NCBI GenBank assembly: GCA_018304465.1
Contig: JAGVWC010000009.1
Span: 64,001-128,000 of the forward strand
Direction: 5' to 3'
Origin: Candidatus Iainarchaeum sp.
GTDB taxonomy: Archaea > Iainarchaeota > Iainarchaeia > Iainarchaeales > JAGVWC01
Length of the DNA: 64,000 nucleotides
This document shows positions 37,522-47,898 of the stretch, piece by piece. The translations under genes and the position numbers were made by a program. Position 1 is the stretch's first letter; every line of letters begins with the position of its first letter. The notes under the pieces are model-generated. The model was given only the letters and a program-made list of their open reading frames with translations. It searched no databases and had not been told where the DNA came from.

Positions 37522-38247
37522 ATGGCAAACGCAAGAAGACCCAGTCGACGACGCGGTTCTCCGCAGCATTCCGCGGGAAGCATCGAGGATTATCCGACAG
37601 GAGAAGATCGAAGGGCCAAGCGCACACCGTGGGCCATGGAACCGGAACCCGGCGAATTGACGCCGGCGCAACGGCAGTCGTACGAGAAAATCATAAAGGA
37701 CCGCACGGTTCTCCGGGAGCGAATCAACGATGAATTACGCGAACGCCAGGCCAAGGCGTTTCGTCTGGCCACATGGAGTTCGCCGCTTCGAACCTACGCG
37801 TATCCGGATAACCCGTTTTCCTGGAAAAAATTCAATATTTTCGGGGAAAAATTTGAACGCGTGTGGGGTCCGGCGCGGGCGACCGTTTTTTTGGTATCGC
37901 TTCCGTTTCGTTTGGCGTGGTTTCCGATTTCGTTGGGTTCAAGGTTTGCCGCGCGGGCGATTGCCAAGTATCAGATCACTTCCTCGCATGTAAAGGAACG
38001 GGCGATTGAAGTGGCCAACAGTGAAAAAGTCAGCATGCGAAGAGCAAAGGAAATGGTCAGAGCCAAAGACGCGAAAAGTCGGGAAGACCGAAAATCCACC
38101 GCGTTCCAGGCGGCCATGAAAGCCGATACCTGGACGGAGCAAGGAATCAAGTACGGCGACGCGGTCGAGCAACTGAAAAGGGACAAGTTGCGGAAAATCA
38201 AAACGTTGCGGAACAAAGCCCTTGGCCGAGACAAAAAAACGGCCTGA
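37522..38247 (+). CDS. Hypothetical basic protein
   Basis: 241-aa ORF with MANARRPSRRR N-terminus. Confidence 0.7.
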   Translation: MANARRPSRRRGSPQHSAGSIEDYPTGEDRRAKRTPWAMEPEPGELTPAQRQSYEKIIKDRTVLRERINDELRERQAKAFRLATWSSPLRTYAYPDNPFSWKKFNIFGEKFERVWGPARATVFLVSLPFRLAWFPISLGSRFAARAIAKYQITSSHVKERAIEVANSEKVSMRRAKEMVRAKDAKSREDRKSTAFQAAMKADTWTEQGIKYGDAVEQLKRDKLRKIKTLRNKALGRDKKTA

Positions 38248-38252
38248 TTTTT

Positions 38253-41200
38253 TTATTCGAATTCTTTGAATCGAATCGCGATGATGGTTCCGATGAGCGC
38301 GAGCACGAACAATAACAATACCACGGGGTTCGTGGGAAGCGACGGAAGATTGAATCCAAGTCCGTCGTTTCCGCCGACGTTCAGATTCAAAACGTTTCCG
38401 CTGGCTTGACTGGTCACGCGTCCGTCCGCACCGGCTTGGGTTGAGATCCCGTTTTTCTTGAAGGCTTCAAGCAACGGCAGTAATTGGGCGTTTTCGGTAT
38501 ACCACAGGCCTTTGTCCGGATCGTACCAGAACGCGCCGTTTTCGCCTTGGGCGCTGGTCAGGGTTTCGGGTCGGCCGTTATAAGATAAAATCGGTCGGCC
38601 ATTCTCCGAGCTGAAATCAAGCGCGTGTTCTTTTCCGTCCGCGGTCGTGATTTTGACGCCGGTCGGGGTTTGTTCGATGGATTTGATGGGTTGGTCCACG
38701 AGGGTTTCTCCCGTGGCTTTGTCAATGACTTTGAAGTACGGTACACAGGCCCCATTTTCGAGTTTGCTGTACAAAACGAATCGTTTGCTGGGCGTGTCGA
38801 AGATTTTGTAGGGACCCATTTTGTCAAGACTGTCGTTGAACAAACCCGCTTTGTATTGCGAGGTTTCGTTGTTTGAGTTTCCGGTGACGTCGAGGTTTAG
38901 CGCGGGTTCTTCACAACCGGTTTCGGGATTCGGCGAACTGGTTTTGGTGGCTTTGAGGCCCGTTACGTCGTTTTGCGTCAGAATCGCTTTTTCGTTTCGC
39001 TTGAGCCAGACAATGAGTTCGTTGGTTTCGGGTTTGTAAACGATGACGCCGTTTCGGAATTGAATGCTTTGCAGGTGACCCACGTCAGGTGTTCCGCCGA
39101 GGGTCGGCGTCATGATGGCAAACGTGTTCGCGAGTATTTCTACTTTGGCCGAACCGCCTTCCGCGATTTTTCGGGGGTTTCCTTCGGCAACGATGCGTCG
39201 CGCGCCGGGTTCGGGGTGAATATTCGGATGCGTGTCCGTGACAATGGCTTCGGTTGGACCGAATACTTCGGTTAAGTGTTCGGAATTAAGCGGAACTCCG
39301 GTTTGGGCCAGAACGCCGCTTTTGATGCAGTCCAATACTTCGCGATTAAGCACGATCAAGTCGCCTTGGGCGTCCATCAGGAAAATGACTTCGTTGGAGT
39401 TCGCAGGCAAACCGATTTTGGTGAGCGTGTTCGGGTATTCATACGCGGGAATCTGCAGGTTTTCCGCGGGTAAACGGGCGATGTCGGGGTTCGTGATTAC
39501 GTCTTTTCCGTTCACGCGGACTTTTCCGTCTTTGAAATTGTTTTCAATCGTGGTGTTGCCGTCCGAAATGAGTTCTTTTCCTTCGGTTCGGTATTTGGAC
39601 ACGTTGGTTTCCGCGTTGCCCTGGGTCCACAGATAAAACAAGTGCATTCCCGTGAATTGACCCGTGTTGCTTCCTTCGCTGACAATCACGGCTTCCACCA
39701 GGTCTTTGGTTTCCGCGTTTTGCACGAGCGATTCAATGCGGTCGCGCATGTCTTCTGTTGCTTCGCTGGCCCAGGTGCCGGAACCGTCGTTGGTGGGGGG
39801 TTGCGGTAGTCGACCATCAGGCGTGTTGTTTTGCGGATACGTCGTGTCGCGGCCTTGCAGGCTGTCGAGCACGCGGTCGGTTCCGTCTTTGAGGATGTTT
39901 GCGACTTTGTCGGTTCCGAGTTCGCCGTTTGCTTCCTTGCCTTTTTCCTTGTCGGGTGCCGGCGAAAAGAAATGAATGAAATATCCTTCCTGGGCATCCA
40001 CGCAGTCCTGTAGTTGCGGCGCGATGAGTACTTGCTGTACGATGCTGCCCAAAAAACCGGCCCAGGTAAAGAGCATGTAACCGATGTTTTCCCCGAACGC
40101 AAGGGCTCCGCCAATCGATGCGTCACCGGGTAAAAGGCTTCCGATAATTGGAATGTTCGCGTTTAGGGCTTTGACTTTTTCTTCGCAGGTTTCTTTTTTG
40201 CGGATCGCTTCTTCGAGATTGATACCGCCTTCTTCGATGTCACCGGTTTGTCCTTTTAGGTTGGTGTGACGCGTGAAAGCGATCAGGGTTTGTCCGACGT
40301 CTTTTTGGTCGGCGGGCGTGTCTTCAAGAATGAATGTTTGCAACCGGTCTGGAGCCGTGAAATACGGCGCGAAGGTTTTGAGGTTTTTCGTGGACAAGGT
40401 GATGCCGCAGTTGGGACAATCCGAGGGACCGGAAACATACGTGACGAGGTTTCCGGTTTCGCTGCGCATTTCGTTGTTGGTCAAAGACTGGAACAAGTCG
40501 TTGGCGGGATTGTAGCTTTCGGAGAGTTTGTTTAGGACCATTTTCCAGGGAAGTTTGTTCAAAAACAAAACGAAGATGTCGCCTTGGTCGCTTCCTTCGT
40601 TGGCGAAGAATTCGACGAACGCGTCGTTGTAGATCTGGGTCGAGCCCAACGTGATTTCCAGTGTTTTCCACGTATCGGGCAGTTGATAAAGCGACAAGTC
40701 TTCGCTTCCGAATCCGCGTTTGAATCCCCAGAACGCGAACGGGTACGCGGTCCATTTGGCGCCGCCTTTGGGGGAAAGATACGCTTTGATGATCTGGTCT
40801 TCGTATGCCATGGATTGATCCAAAAGACTCGCGTAGTGTTTTCGAAATTGCCAGTTGTGTTCACGCGCCCATTGGAGCATGGTGTCCGAGTTTCGCGACC
40901 AGGCGCCCGTTCTCCAGGAAACACGGGGCCCTAACAGAATGTCGGACATTTCTTGGGCGGATATTTCGCGGACTTTTTCGTAGCCGCCGCCGAACAATTG
41001 CACGTCTCCCGCGGTTTTCTTTATGATATATTTGACGTTTTGCGGCTGGAAGGGAACCATGGTTCCGTCATCGAGTTTGGCGAAAGCGCCCGCGTGCAGT
41101 CCGTGACTGGCAGCGCCTTCAATGTCCGCCCGTCCGACTTGCGCAAGCATGTTTCCTTTCGGAGTAGGCGAATACAGCACGAGTTTGTCGCCGACGTGTT

Positions 41201-42785
41201 CAAGCGTGGTTTTGTAATCCTTCACGTCGCCGGCATCAAAATGGAAGTTACCGCTTTTGTTGAGTTTTTGGAAAATGATATCCGCGAAATCCGAGTCGAC
41301 GGCGGGCTGTACGTATTCTCCGAGCGTGTCTTCGCGTTTGACCGCGTACTTGGCCCAGTTCAAGGATTTGTGGTTTAATACCCATTCCGGAATATCAAGT
41401 CCCGTGACGTCATCGATTTCGTGGTAAATCTGACCCATTTTTCCCGCGGCGCGGATTCGCGCCTGGAGAAACGCGGGGTCAGCGGCTTTGAGTCCTTTGG
41501 TGGCCGCGGCGAGTTCTTGCTGGGCCAATTTGGATTCAAGATCGTACGATTTCGCGATTTTTCGCATATAGGCAATGTAATCATAGACTTTTCCTTTTTG
41601 TTCTTTGGTCGTGTATTTGGGAATCAGTTCCTTTTCGATGACCGGGTTCCATCCGGCGTTGAATCCGCCGCCTTGGATGACGAATTTTTTTTCAGAGATG
41701 ATATTGTCAAACGGCAAGGCTTCTTGCTGGATTCTGCGGTACTGGCGGTTGAGAATGTATCGCGAGTACAGTCCACCAGGTCGCGCGTACAGGCTTTTGA
41801 TGCGTTGCGCCAACGCGGTTTCCCCGATTTTAAAGAATGGTTGGCGGCTTCCGACGTAACCGAAGGCTTTTTTGGCCTGGTTGATCAGAGTGGGTCCGAA
41901 GCTTCCGATGAGCATGTCGGTGGAAATGTAGGCGTTGAATAATTTGTCAAACATGGAATAGGTATTGATGTAACACGCGGCGTTCGTGCAGTTCGAGTTC
42001 ATCGTGGCTTTGAAGGTTCCGGCGAGGATGCTGTTCGGAATCGGATTGCTTTCTTTTCGCTGGGCGATTTTGGCTTCGAGCACGTTGTTGTCTTTGGAGG
42101 CTTCGATGAGTTCGTTTCGCACGTACGCGGCTTCGCCGTCGCTTAATCCCGTGGGTTTGTAGTCTTCGTTGTCGGGTTTGGCAAAACTCCACAAATCGTT
42201 AAAAACGTTTTTGACGTTGGCGACCACACCGGCGCCGCTGTTTCGATAGGAAAGGCTTTGGCCCACGAGTCCGCAGCTGGTGTTGACGTCTTCGCATTTT
42301 CCGACGCGCAGCGTGTCGGTTAATTCGAGTCCGAACGCGAACGCGCCTTTGTTGAATTTGTTCAGACGGTGAACGATTTCCTCGGGATTGATTTTTTGTC
42401 CAGGAACGGTTTGTTTGATGGCGAGTTGTCCTTCCAAGTCCGGCAAAATCAAAGTATTTTGATCGATACTGTCCCGGTCCTTGTTCGGAGGCGTTCCAGA
42501 AGACATTTCTTTTCCGACGAATCCTTTACGCAAGGTTTCGTCCCAAAACCGGTTTCGCTCGCGCGGATCCAGCACGGTACTTGAGCAGGCGAATCCGTCG
42601 CGATTGGGGATTCCGTTTCCCGTCAAGTCGCGGGTATCGATGCGCTCCGTTGAATCGGGATCCGGGTTTACGGGAGAAGCGTTTGGATCGGTTTGGGCCC
42701 AGACCGAAATCGAAAACACGGTGTTTAGGAGCAAAATGATCAGGAACAAAGAATAAAGTTGTTTTTGCGCGCTCACGAAATCCAC
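38253..42785 (-). CDS. Large secreted/membrane-anchored protein (~1500 aa)
   Basis: Signal peptide, Cys pairs, internal hydrophobic hairpin, C-terminal TM; probable GTG start. Confidence 0.85.
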   Translation of the reverse strand: MDFVSAQKQLYSLFLIILLLNTVFSISVWAQTDPNASPVNPDPDSTERIDTRDLTGNGIPNRDGFACSSTVLDPRERNRFWDETLRKGFVGKEMSSGTPPNKDRDSIDQNTLILPDLEGQLAIKQTVPGQKINPEEIVHRLNKFNKGAFAFGLELTDTLRVGKCEDVNTSCGLVGQSLSYRNSGAGVVANVKNVFNDLWSFAKPDNEDYKPTGLSDGEAAYVRNELIEASKDNNVLEAKIAQRKESNPIPNSILAGTFKATMNSNCTNAACYINTYSMFDKLFNAYISTDMLIGSFGPTLINQAKKAFGYVGSRQPFFKIGETALAQRIKSLYARPGGLYSRYILNRQYRRIQQEALPFDNIISEKKFVIQGGGFNAGWNPVIEKELIPKYTTKEQKGKVYDYIAYMRKIAKSYDLESKLAQQELAAATKGLKAADPAFLQARIRAAGKMGQIYHEIDDVTGLDIPEWVLNHKSLNWAKYAVKREDTLGEYVQPAVDSDFADIIFQKLNKSGNFHFDAGDVKDYKTTLEHVGDKLVLYSPTPKGNMLAQVGRADIEGAASHGLHAGAFAKLDDGTMVPFQPQNVKYIIKKTAGDVQLFGGGYEKVREISAQEMSDILLGPRVSWRTGAWSRNSDTMLQWAREHNWQFRKHYASLLDQSMAYEDQIIKAYLSPKGGAKWTAYPFAFWGFKRGFGSEDLSLYQLPDTWKTLEITLGSTQIYNDAFVEFFANEGSDQGDIFVLFLNKLPWKMVLNKLSESYNPANDLFQSLTNNEMRSETGNLVTYVSGPSDCPNCGITLSTKNLKTFAPYFTAPDRLQTFILEDTPADQKDVGQTLIAFTRHTNLKGQTGDIEEGGINLEEAIRKKETCEEKVKALNANIPIIGSLLPGDASIGGALAFGENIGYMLFTWAGFLGSIVQQVLIAPQLQDCVDAQEGYFIHFFSPAPDKEKGKEANGELGTDKVANILKDGTDRVLDSLQGRDTTYPQNNTPDGRLPQPPTNDGSGTWASEATEDMRDRIESLVQNAETKDLVEAVIVSEGSNTGQFTGMHLFYLWTQGNAETNVSKYRTEGKELISDGNTTIENNFKDGKVRVNGKDVITNPDIARLPAENLQIPAYEYPNTLTKIGLPANSNEVIFLMDAQGDLIVLNREVLDCIKSGVLAQTGVPLNSEHLTEVFGPTEAIVTDTHPNIHPEPGARRIVAEGNPRKIAEGGSAKVEILANTFAIMTPTLGGTPDVGHLQSIQFRNGVIVYKPETNELIVWLKRNEKAILTQNDVTGLKATKTSSPNPETGCEEPALNLDVTGNSNNETSQYKAGLFNDSLDKMGPYKIFDTPSKRFVLYSKLENGACVPYFKVIDKATGETLVDQPIKSIEQTPTGVKITTADGKEHALDFSSENGRPILSYNGRPETLTSAQGENGAFWYDPDKGLWYTENAQLLPLLEAFKKNGISTQAGADGRVTSQASGNVLNLNVGGNDGLGFNLPSLPTNPVVLLLFVLALIGTIIAIRFKEFE

Positions 42786-42863
42786 CGAATGACCGCCCAA
42801 CCGACGGCTACGTAATGAAGTATTTATTAAATTTAATAGTTTCGGAGTAGAAAAAGCCATCGT

Positions 42864-43397
42864 TTAGGCGAAATAGATCAAATAAATCGTTCCGGCCACT
42901 ACGTCGATTCCGATCGCGGGAAGCAAAAACAGTACCGCGACAATGCCGACGAAAACGCTTCCGAATACTCCGCCGGCAAACGAAACGATTTTGTTCGGAG
43001 TGCGTTTTTGAACGCTTTCGGAAATTGCCGTGCCGAGGAAAATAAACGGGAGCACCAAGGCGGACAACATGGCGGAAACGATTCCGACGCGGAGTACGGC
43101 CACGATAAACCGCAGTAATTCGTCGATAAACGACGGTCCGAGAGTTTCGGGAACCGCGCCTTGATTAAAATCCGCGCGTCCCAAAAAGAACGGAACGAAA
43201 TACACAAGCATTATTAATACGAAAAATAATATATACGTCGAAAAGACGGTGGCTTTGAGCCAGGAATGATCCTTGCTAAACGAGGCATGAATTTTTTTTC
43301 CGATGAATGCAAGAATGAATACGGGGATTCCTAAAAGAATGGTTTGCCGAACAAGATCCACGAAAGAAAAAACAATATTTTCCAGCAAGCCTGCCAT
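42864..43397 (-). CDS. Integral membrane protein
   Basis: About four hydrophobic helices. Confidence 0.8.
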   Translation of the reverse strand: MAGLLENIVFSFVDLVRQTILLGIPVFILAFIGKKIHASFSKDHSWLKATVFSTYILFFVLIMLVYFVPFFLGRADFNQGAVPETLGPSFIDELLRFIVAVLRVGIVSAMLSALVLPFIFLGTAISESVQKRTPNKIVSFAGGVFGSVFVGIVAVLFLLPAIGIDVVAGTIYLIYFA

Positions 43398-43438
43398 GAA
43401 AGGATGAAGGGAAAAGAACTATAAAAAGGTTGTGTTGA

Positions 43439-44323
43439 ATGGATTGGATTGGTCTTGGAATTTATTCGTACGCGCTGATTGGCGCGATGCCGTCGGGCTA
43501 CTTGACTTTAAAAATTCTTTTTGCCCGCGAGCTTGCCCAGCGTGACGTGATCAAGCGTCTGCAGTGGTCCGCGGTCACCGGAATCGGTTTTACTTTTACG
43601 TGCGGCGTGGTGGCGTACGGAGTGTCGTTTTTCTCGCCGTCCATTCCATTGGTTTCGGCGTTCGTGTACGCGACCTCGCTTGGGTTTTTGGGGCTAACAA
43701 TCGCCGCGGCGATCGCGAACGGGGTTTCGCATCGATCGGAATTCGCGTCAAAAGTTTCGTCCTTGAATCCGATCACGCCCAGTCCGCTTCCGTCGACCAA
43801 TCCCATGCCGGCTTCGTCGCCTTTAAGAAACGTTTCCGAACCGGAACCGATTCCGCTTCCATCCCGGGATGATTCGTTGTCGTTTGAATCCAACCGAAGC
43901 AGGCCGAAAAAAGAGTCTTCGATGCTGGATTCGTCCACTTCGATTCCGACCATGAAAAAAAGTCTTTTTTCCGAAAAAAAACCCGTGTTGCAATCACAGG
44001 AAAAATCCCTTGAAGACGAGTTTGCCAAGCTGACTCAAAAAGTGGAATTGGCGCTCACCGATACCGAAATTGCGCAAAAAAACCAGGCGGTTTCAAAACC
44101 CGTTGCTTCGGAACCCATCCGACCCCCGGTTCAAAAACAGGCGGCTTTCGGCGATTCATGGCAACCCGTAAAACCCAGTTTTGGTTCCACTGCAAAACCT
44201 TCGACGGACATGGATCGATCGCAAAAAGAATTGGATGAACAGGAAGCGGAATTGGAAAAATTAAAACAGGAACTTTCCCGCCGATTCAAATCCGAGGACG
44301 ATAAAAAAGGAGAATCCGCATAG
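43439..44323 (+). CDS. Membrane protein with disordered/coiled C-terminus
   Basis: Three N-terminal TM segments then S/P/E-rich tail. Confidence 0.75.
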   Translation: MDWIGLGIYSYALIGAMPSGYLTLKILFARELAQRDVIKRLQWSAVTGIGFTFTCGVVAYGVSFFSPSIPLVSAFVYATSLGFLGLTIAAAIANGVSHRSEFASKVSSLNPITPSPLPSTNPMPASSPLRNVSEPEPIPLPSRDDSLSFESNRSRPKKESSMLDSSTSIPTMKKSLFSEKKPVLQSQEKSLEDEFAKLTQKVELALTDTEIAQKNQAVSKPVASEPIRPPVQKQAAFGDSWQPVKPSFGSTAKPSTDMDRSQKELDEQEAELEKLKQELSRRFKSEDDKKGESA

Positions 44324-44331
44324 GAGTCAAG

Positions 44332-45054
44332 ATGGCCAACCAAACGCCACGACGATTGCGGCGGTTCGATCGTCAACATCAAAAAGAAGGGCTTGCGGGG
44401 GCACCGACTGATTTTTCTTCGGAAAAAACCGTTTCCGACGAATCCGCCCGACCACCGGGAACACGCGAATCGGAATTACGGTATTGGGACACGCGGGATT
44501 CGAAACTGGACGAATTGAGCCAAAGTCTTTTTGAGCAGCTTGAAAAAGACGCAAGCGAAGAAGGAACTTCCGTGCATGCGCACGCTCATTCGTCGCACGG
44601 AACCGAAAACCAGTTTCCTGCCGCAACGCCGCCCAAGACCGCCGAGAACCCGCCTCAAAAAGAATCGTTTTTGGAAGCGCGGCGCAAACGGCGCGAACAA
44701 GAACCCGTTTCTTCGCCGCCGGTATTGCCCCAAAACACGCCTCCGTCCCAGGGTATTCCCCCCATGGAACCCGTTTCTAAAAACCCGAAAGCCAAAATCG
44801 AAGCGCCGGCGCAAGTAACGCCGCCGGTCAGCGGAATGGATGTGAAGGATTTGTTCGGAAACGAGTCCACGGGCCCCGAAAAAAACGCGGCTGTCGAAGA
44901 CGAGTTGAAGAAACTGGAAAAAGAACTGGGTGCGTCCGAAAGCGGTTCGGAAACGCCTGCCGGGGATTTGGATTTACCCGATTTTTCGGATTTGTCACTT
45001 GAATCCGATTTGGAAAAAGCGAAAAAAGAATCCAAGAAAAAAAAACTGCCTTAA
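44332..45054 (+). CDS. Low-complexity disordered protein
   Basis: GGAG RBS; P/E/S-rich; N-terminal RRLRRF. Confidence 0.7.
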   Translation: MANQTPRRLRRFDRQHQKEGLAGAPTDFSSEKTVSDESARPPGTRESELRYWDTRDSKLDELSQSLFEQLEKDASEEGTSVHAHAHSSHGTENQFPAATPPKTAENPPQKESFLEARRKRREQEPVSSPPVLPQNTPPSQGIPPMEPVSKNPKAKIEAPAQVTPPVSGMDVKDLFGNESTGPEKNAAVEDELKKLEKELGASESGSETPAGDLDLPDFSDLSLESDLEKAKKESKKKKLP

Positions 45055-45881
45055 GGCGTCGCGTGTTTTTCGAATATCTTGTTGGTTTGCGCGCAAGCGC
45101 TCGCGGGAAAATCCGGCACGTCGGCTTCGCAGCAGCGAAGCGGTCCGAACACGTCGTTTGGGGATCCGGCTTGGTCCGGAAAGCTGGCGCTGGGCCACAC
45201 GATCAGATCCGCCTGGACGTTGCGGTATTTCAGGTCGCTTCCGGCTTGCGAAACGAGTAATTGGGAGCGGCCGCTGGTTTTGGATTTGTTCGAGATCGCG
45301 AACAACAAATTGTCCACGTCCGAAATGCTTTGCGGCCGGCAGAAAAAAAACGTGTGCCCCTGGTTTTCCACGATGACGTATCTTGGATCGGAGGCGTATC
45401 GGGGATCGGGATCATGCGTCACCGTGTACGTGCTTTTGTAGAATAAAAAAAACGGAAAGCTGTCCAGCGTGCTCGAACCGGTGGATGCGAGTTGTTCGGG
45501 CGGAATGTAAAAGTAAAACAGGTAGTCGTAGGCGGGCGCAAGCGGGATCATGGCGTTTTGAATGTTGTCGCGAAGCGCGTATGCGGTGCGGGAAAACGAT
45601 TCGTCGTCAAAATAATCTTCCTTGAGTCCGGCAAGCAAAAAATCGTTTTCTTTGGGGTTCGGATTGGTCATGTCGCGCGGAATCGTCGTGTAGAGAATGG
45701 TTTTGAGGGCGCTTGACGTGAATTCCTGGAGTTCTTTTTTTTGGACGTTTCGTTCGAGGTTTTCGCCGTAGAGAACCGAAAACGAGAACAAAAACGCGGA
45801 CAGCGTCGTTGCGATTATGAGAAAGTACATGGCGTCCGTGATCGCGGCTTGTCCTCGCTGTGAAAGCGGAATCAGCGCCAA
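45051..45881 (-). CDS. Pilin-like protein (class III signal peptide)
   Basis: QRG/QAAITDAMYFLII. Confidence 0.8.
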   Translation of the reverse strand: MALIPLSQRGQAAITDAMYFLIIATTLSAFLFSFSVLYGENLERNVQKKELQEFTSSALKTILYTTIPRDMTNPNPKENDFLLAGLKEDYFDDESFSRTAYALRDNIQNAMIPLAPAYDYLFYFYIPPEQLASTGSSTLDSFPFFLFYKSTYTVTHDPDPRYASDPRYVIVENQGHTFFFCRPQSISDVDNLLFAISNKSKTSGRSQLLVSQAGSDLKYRNVQADLIVWPSASFPDQAGSPNDVFGPLRCCEADVPDFPASACAQTNKIFEKHATP

Positions 45882-46381
45882 ACCGTCACCACCAGCATTC
45901 CGGTTTTGACGTCGCCGTCAAGGTTGACGGCCACGGGATACATGACGTTTTCGGGTTGTTGCGCCGCGAGATTGGTGAAAAACAAGGACTGGTCCGAGTT
46001 TTCGCAGAGAAATGGTTGTCCCTCAAATTCGATCATTTCCGCGACGTCTTCCGGTTCGCTGTCTTCGAATAGTTTGATGCGTTTGTAGCCGGAAGAATAA
46101 TCGCCCATGTTGTAAATCGCGGCGCGGAACTTGAAACTCGTGATGTTTAATGTTCTGCAGGCGGTTTCGAATTGGTCGTAATCATTGATGAGGCTGTCGC
46201 CTTTGAGGGTGGAACCGATTTTTAATTTGAGGAGTTTTTGATCGAATTTTTCCTGTCTTAAGTCGAATTGATTAAAGGTAAATCCCAGCGAAGCGAAAAA
46301 AACGAGTAACGCGAACGTGAGCGGGATCAAGGACGGCAAGTCGTCTCCGATGGACCCGAGGTACCCTTTTTTGTTCAGCAA
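45872..46381 (-). CDS. Pilin-like protein (class III signal peptide)
   Basis: KKG/YLGSIGDDLPSLIPLTFALLVFF; TTG start after GGAGG. Confidence 0.75.
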   Translation of the reverse strand: MLNKKGYLGSIGDDLPSLIPLTFALLVFFASLGFTFNQFDLRQEKFDQKLLKLKIGSTLKGDSLINDYDQFETACRTLNITSFKFRAAIYNMGDYSSGYKRIKLFEDSEPEDVAEMIEFEGQPFLCENSDQSLFFTNLAAQQPENVMYPVAVNLDGDVKTGMLVVTVWR

Positions 46382-47046
46382 TTGTAAACGCCTCCGAGTC
46401 GCGTGCTTTTGATGCGGGCCACGGCGTAACCGTAATTGGTTTCGCATTGGTGGACGCGGGAACTACATGGAATCACGTACAAGTAGGTTTCGCCGTTATA
46501 GACTTCTTTGACGAGTTTGACCGCGTTTTCGGGCGGGGTCGGAGCCGCGACCGGGTTTAAGGTGACGAAAATGTTTCCAAGCGCGTCCGGCACGGGGATT
46601 TTTAACGCGGTGAGCGGATCTGTTGTTCCGGATCTGGCATCCCATTCGAATATCTGAATGTGCGCGTTCGTGACGATGCGTTGCGCGGATAGCACTTGGT
46701 TGTCTTTTTTGGTTCGGATTGAAAAAATCAGGGCGTTTGCGGGATCCGTTGAAAGGTCGGCCAGCACGTTTTCCTGGCTGTTGATCTGAAACAGGTAATA
46801 CAATTTGTTGCCTCCTTCGCTTCTTCCAAGCGTGTTGATGTACGGCGGCAATGTCAAGGTGACTTCGTGGCAGATGCTTGACGAATTAATGACGCCAAAG
46901 GCGTCTTCGGTGATCTGGGACAAGACGGTGTCGGCTTGTTGTTTTTCAAGGGATTGCGCGAGATAAAAAGCGAAGTAACTTCCGATGGCAAACAAGGCCG
47001 TGACCAAAATGAGCATGTTGAGTTTGGATAAAATGTAGTCGAGCAT
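46375..47046 (-). CDS. Pilin-like/accessory protein with N-terminal TM
   Basis: MLDYILSKLNMLILVTALF; in operon; no basic leader. Confidence 0.7.
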   Translation of the reverse strand: MLDYILSKLNMLILVTALFAIGSYFAFYLAQSLEKQQADTVLSQITEDAFGVINSSSICHEVTLTLPPYINTLGRSEGGNKLYYLFQINSQENVLADLSTDPANALIFSIRTKKDNQVLSAQRIVTNAHIQIFEWDARSGTTDPLTALKIPVPDALGNIFVTLNPVAAPTPPENAVKLVKEVYNGETYLYVIPCSSRVHQCETNYGYAVARIKSTRLGGVYNC

Positions 47047-47048
47047 GG

Positions 47049-47576
47049 TTATCGCTCCCGTACATACGCGCAGATATTGGGGAACGCGGAGTTGTTTCCG
47101 CTTTTGTTGACCAGCGTGTACGCGCCGCGCGGAATCGAATCCTTGAAATTGACGAGTTTGTATCCGTCGCGGTCCTGGCATGGAGACGACGTCAAAAATT
47201 GCGTGAGAACGGACGCGGATTCTAGGCAGATGAGTTCGCGCCAGTCCACGGCGTCGTATTCGAATAGAAGGCATTCGCGTTTGGTTCCGCCGCAGTAATA
47301 ATTGCACAGGGGTTCCGAGTTCAATACGCGTAGTTTGATGGATTCTTTTTTCTGGTCAAAACAGCCAGGTGGAAAAAAATTGAGTTGGGTGTCGGTTCCT
47401 TTGACGACTTCCTGAACCTTGCTTTTGAGTTCGCTTCCGCTGCGCTTGATTTCGGCTTTGCATTGTTCTTCCATCAGAACGTTCATGGCCGTGAACGCGA
47501 TCACGATGACGAATCCCATGATGATGACTGAAATGAGCACTTCAAATGGCGCGCTTTCTTGTCCGCGGTTTTTCAT
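47049..47576 (-). CDS. Pilin-like protein (class III signal peptide)
   Basis: MKNRG/QESAPFEVLISVII. Confidence 0.82.
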   Translation of the reverse strand: MKNRGQESAPFEVLISVIIMGFVIVIAFTAMNVLMEEQCKAEIKRSGSELKSKVQEVVKGTDTQLNFFPPGCFDQKKESIKLRVLNSEPLCNYYCGGTKRECLLFEYDAVDWRELICLESASVLTQFLTSSPCQDRDGYKLVNFKDSIPRGAYTLVNKSGNNSAFPNICAYVRER

Positions 47577-47603
47577 TGGATTCCCTCCCACGGGAAGTTT
47601 TTT

Positions 47604-47777
47604 TCATTGGTTTGCGGCTTTGGTGTCTTTGATGAGTTGTTGGCTTTGTTTGAACATGGGTTTGACCACGGCAATCAGCAGTAATGCGGCGATAATGAGC
47701 ACGATAAGCATGTAGAGCGATCCCCATTCGCTTTGACAGCGTTTTTCGGACAGCAATCGTTTCAAACCGGTTTCCAT
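47604..47777 (-). CDS. 57-aa mini-pilin (not in ORF track)
   Basis: METGLKRLLSEKRC/QSEWGSLYMLIVLIIAALLLIAVVKPMFKQSQQLIKDTKAANQ*. Confidence 0.75.
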   Translation of the reverse strand: METGLKRLLSEKRCQSEWGSLYMLIVLIIAALLLIAVVKPMFKQSQQLIKDTKAANQ

Positions 47778-47898
47778 GACTAATTAGAAGGCGTTTTGCC
47801 TATTTAATTATTACCAACGGCCTTTTGGAAAAAGACCGGCGAAAACGAAAGTATTCGCTTGGAAGCGGAAAAAAGAAAAAAGAAAGAAAAAAAGACTT

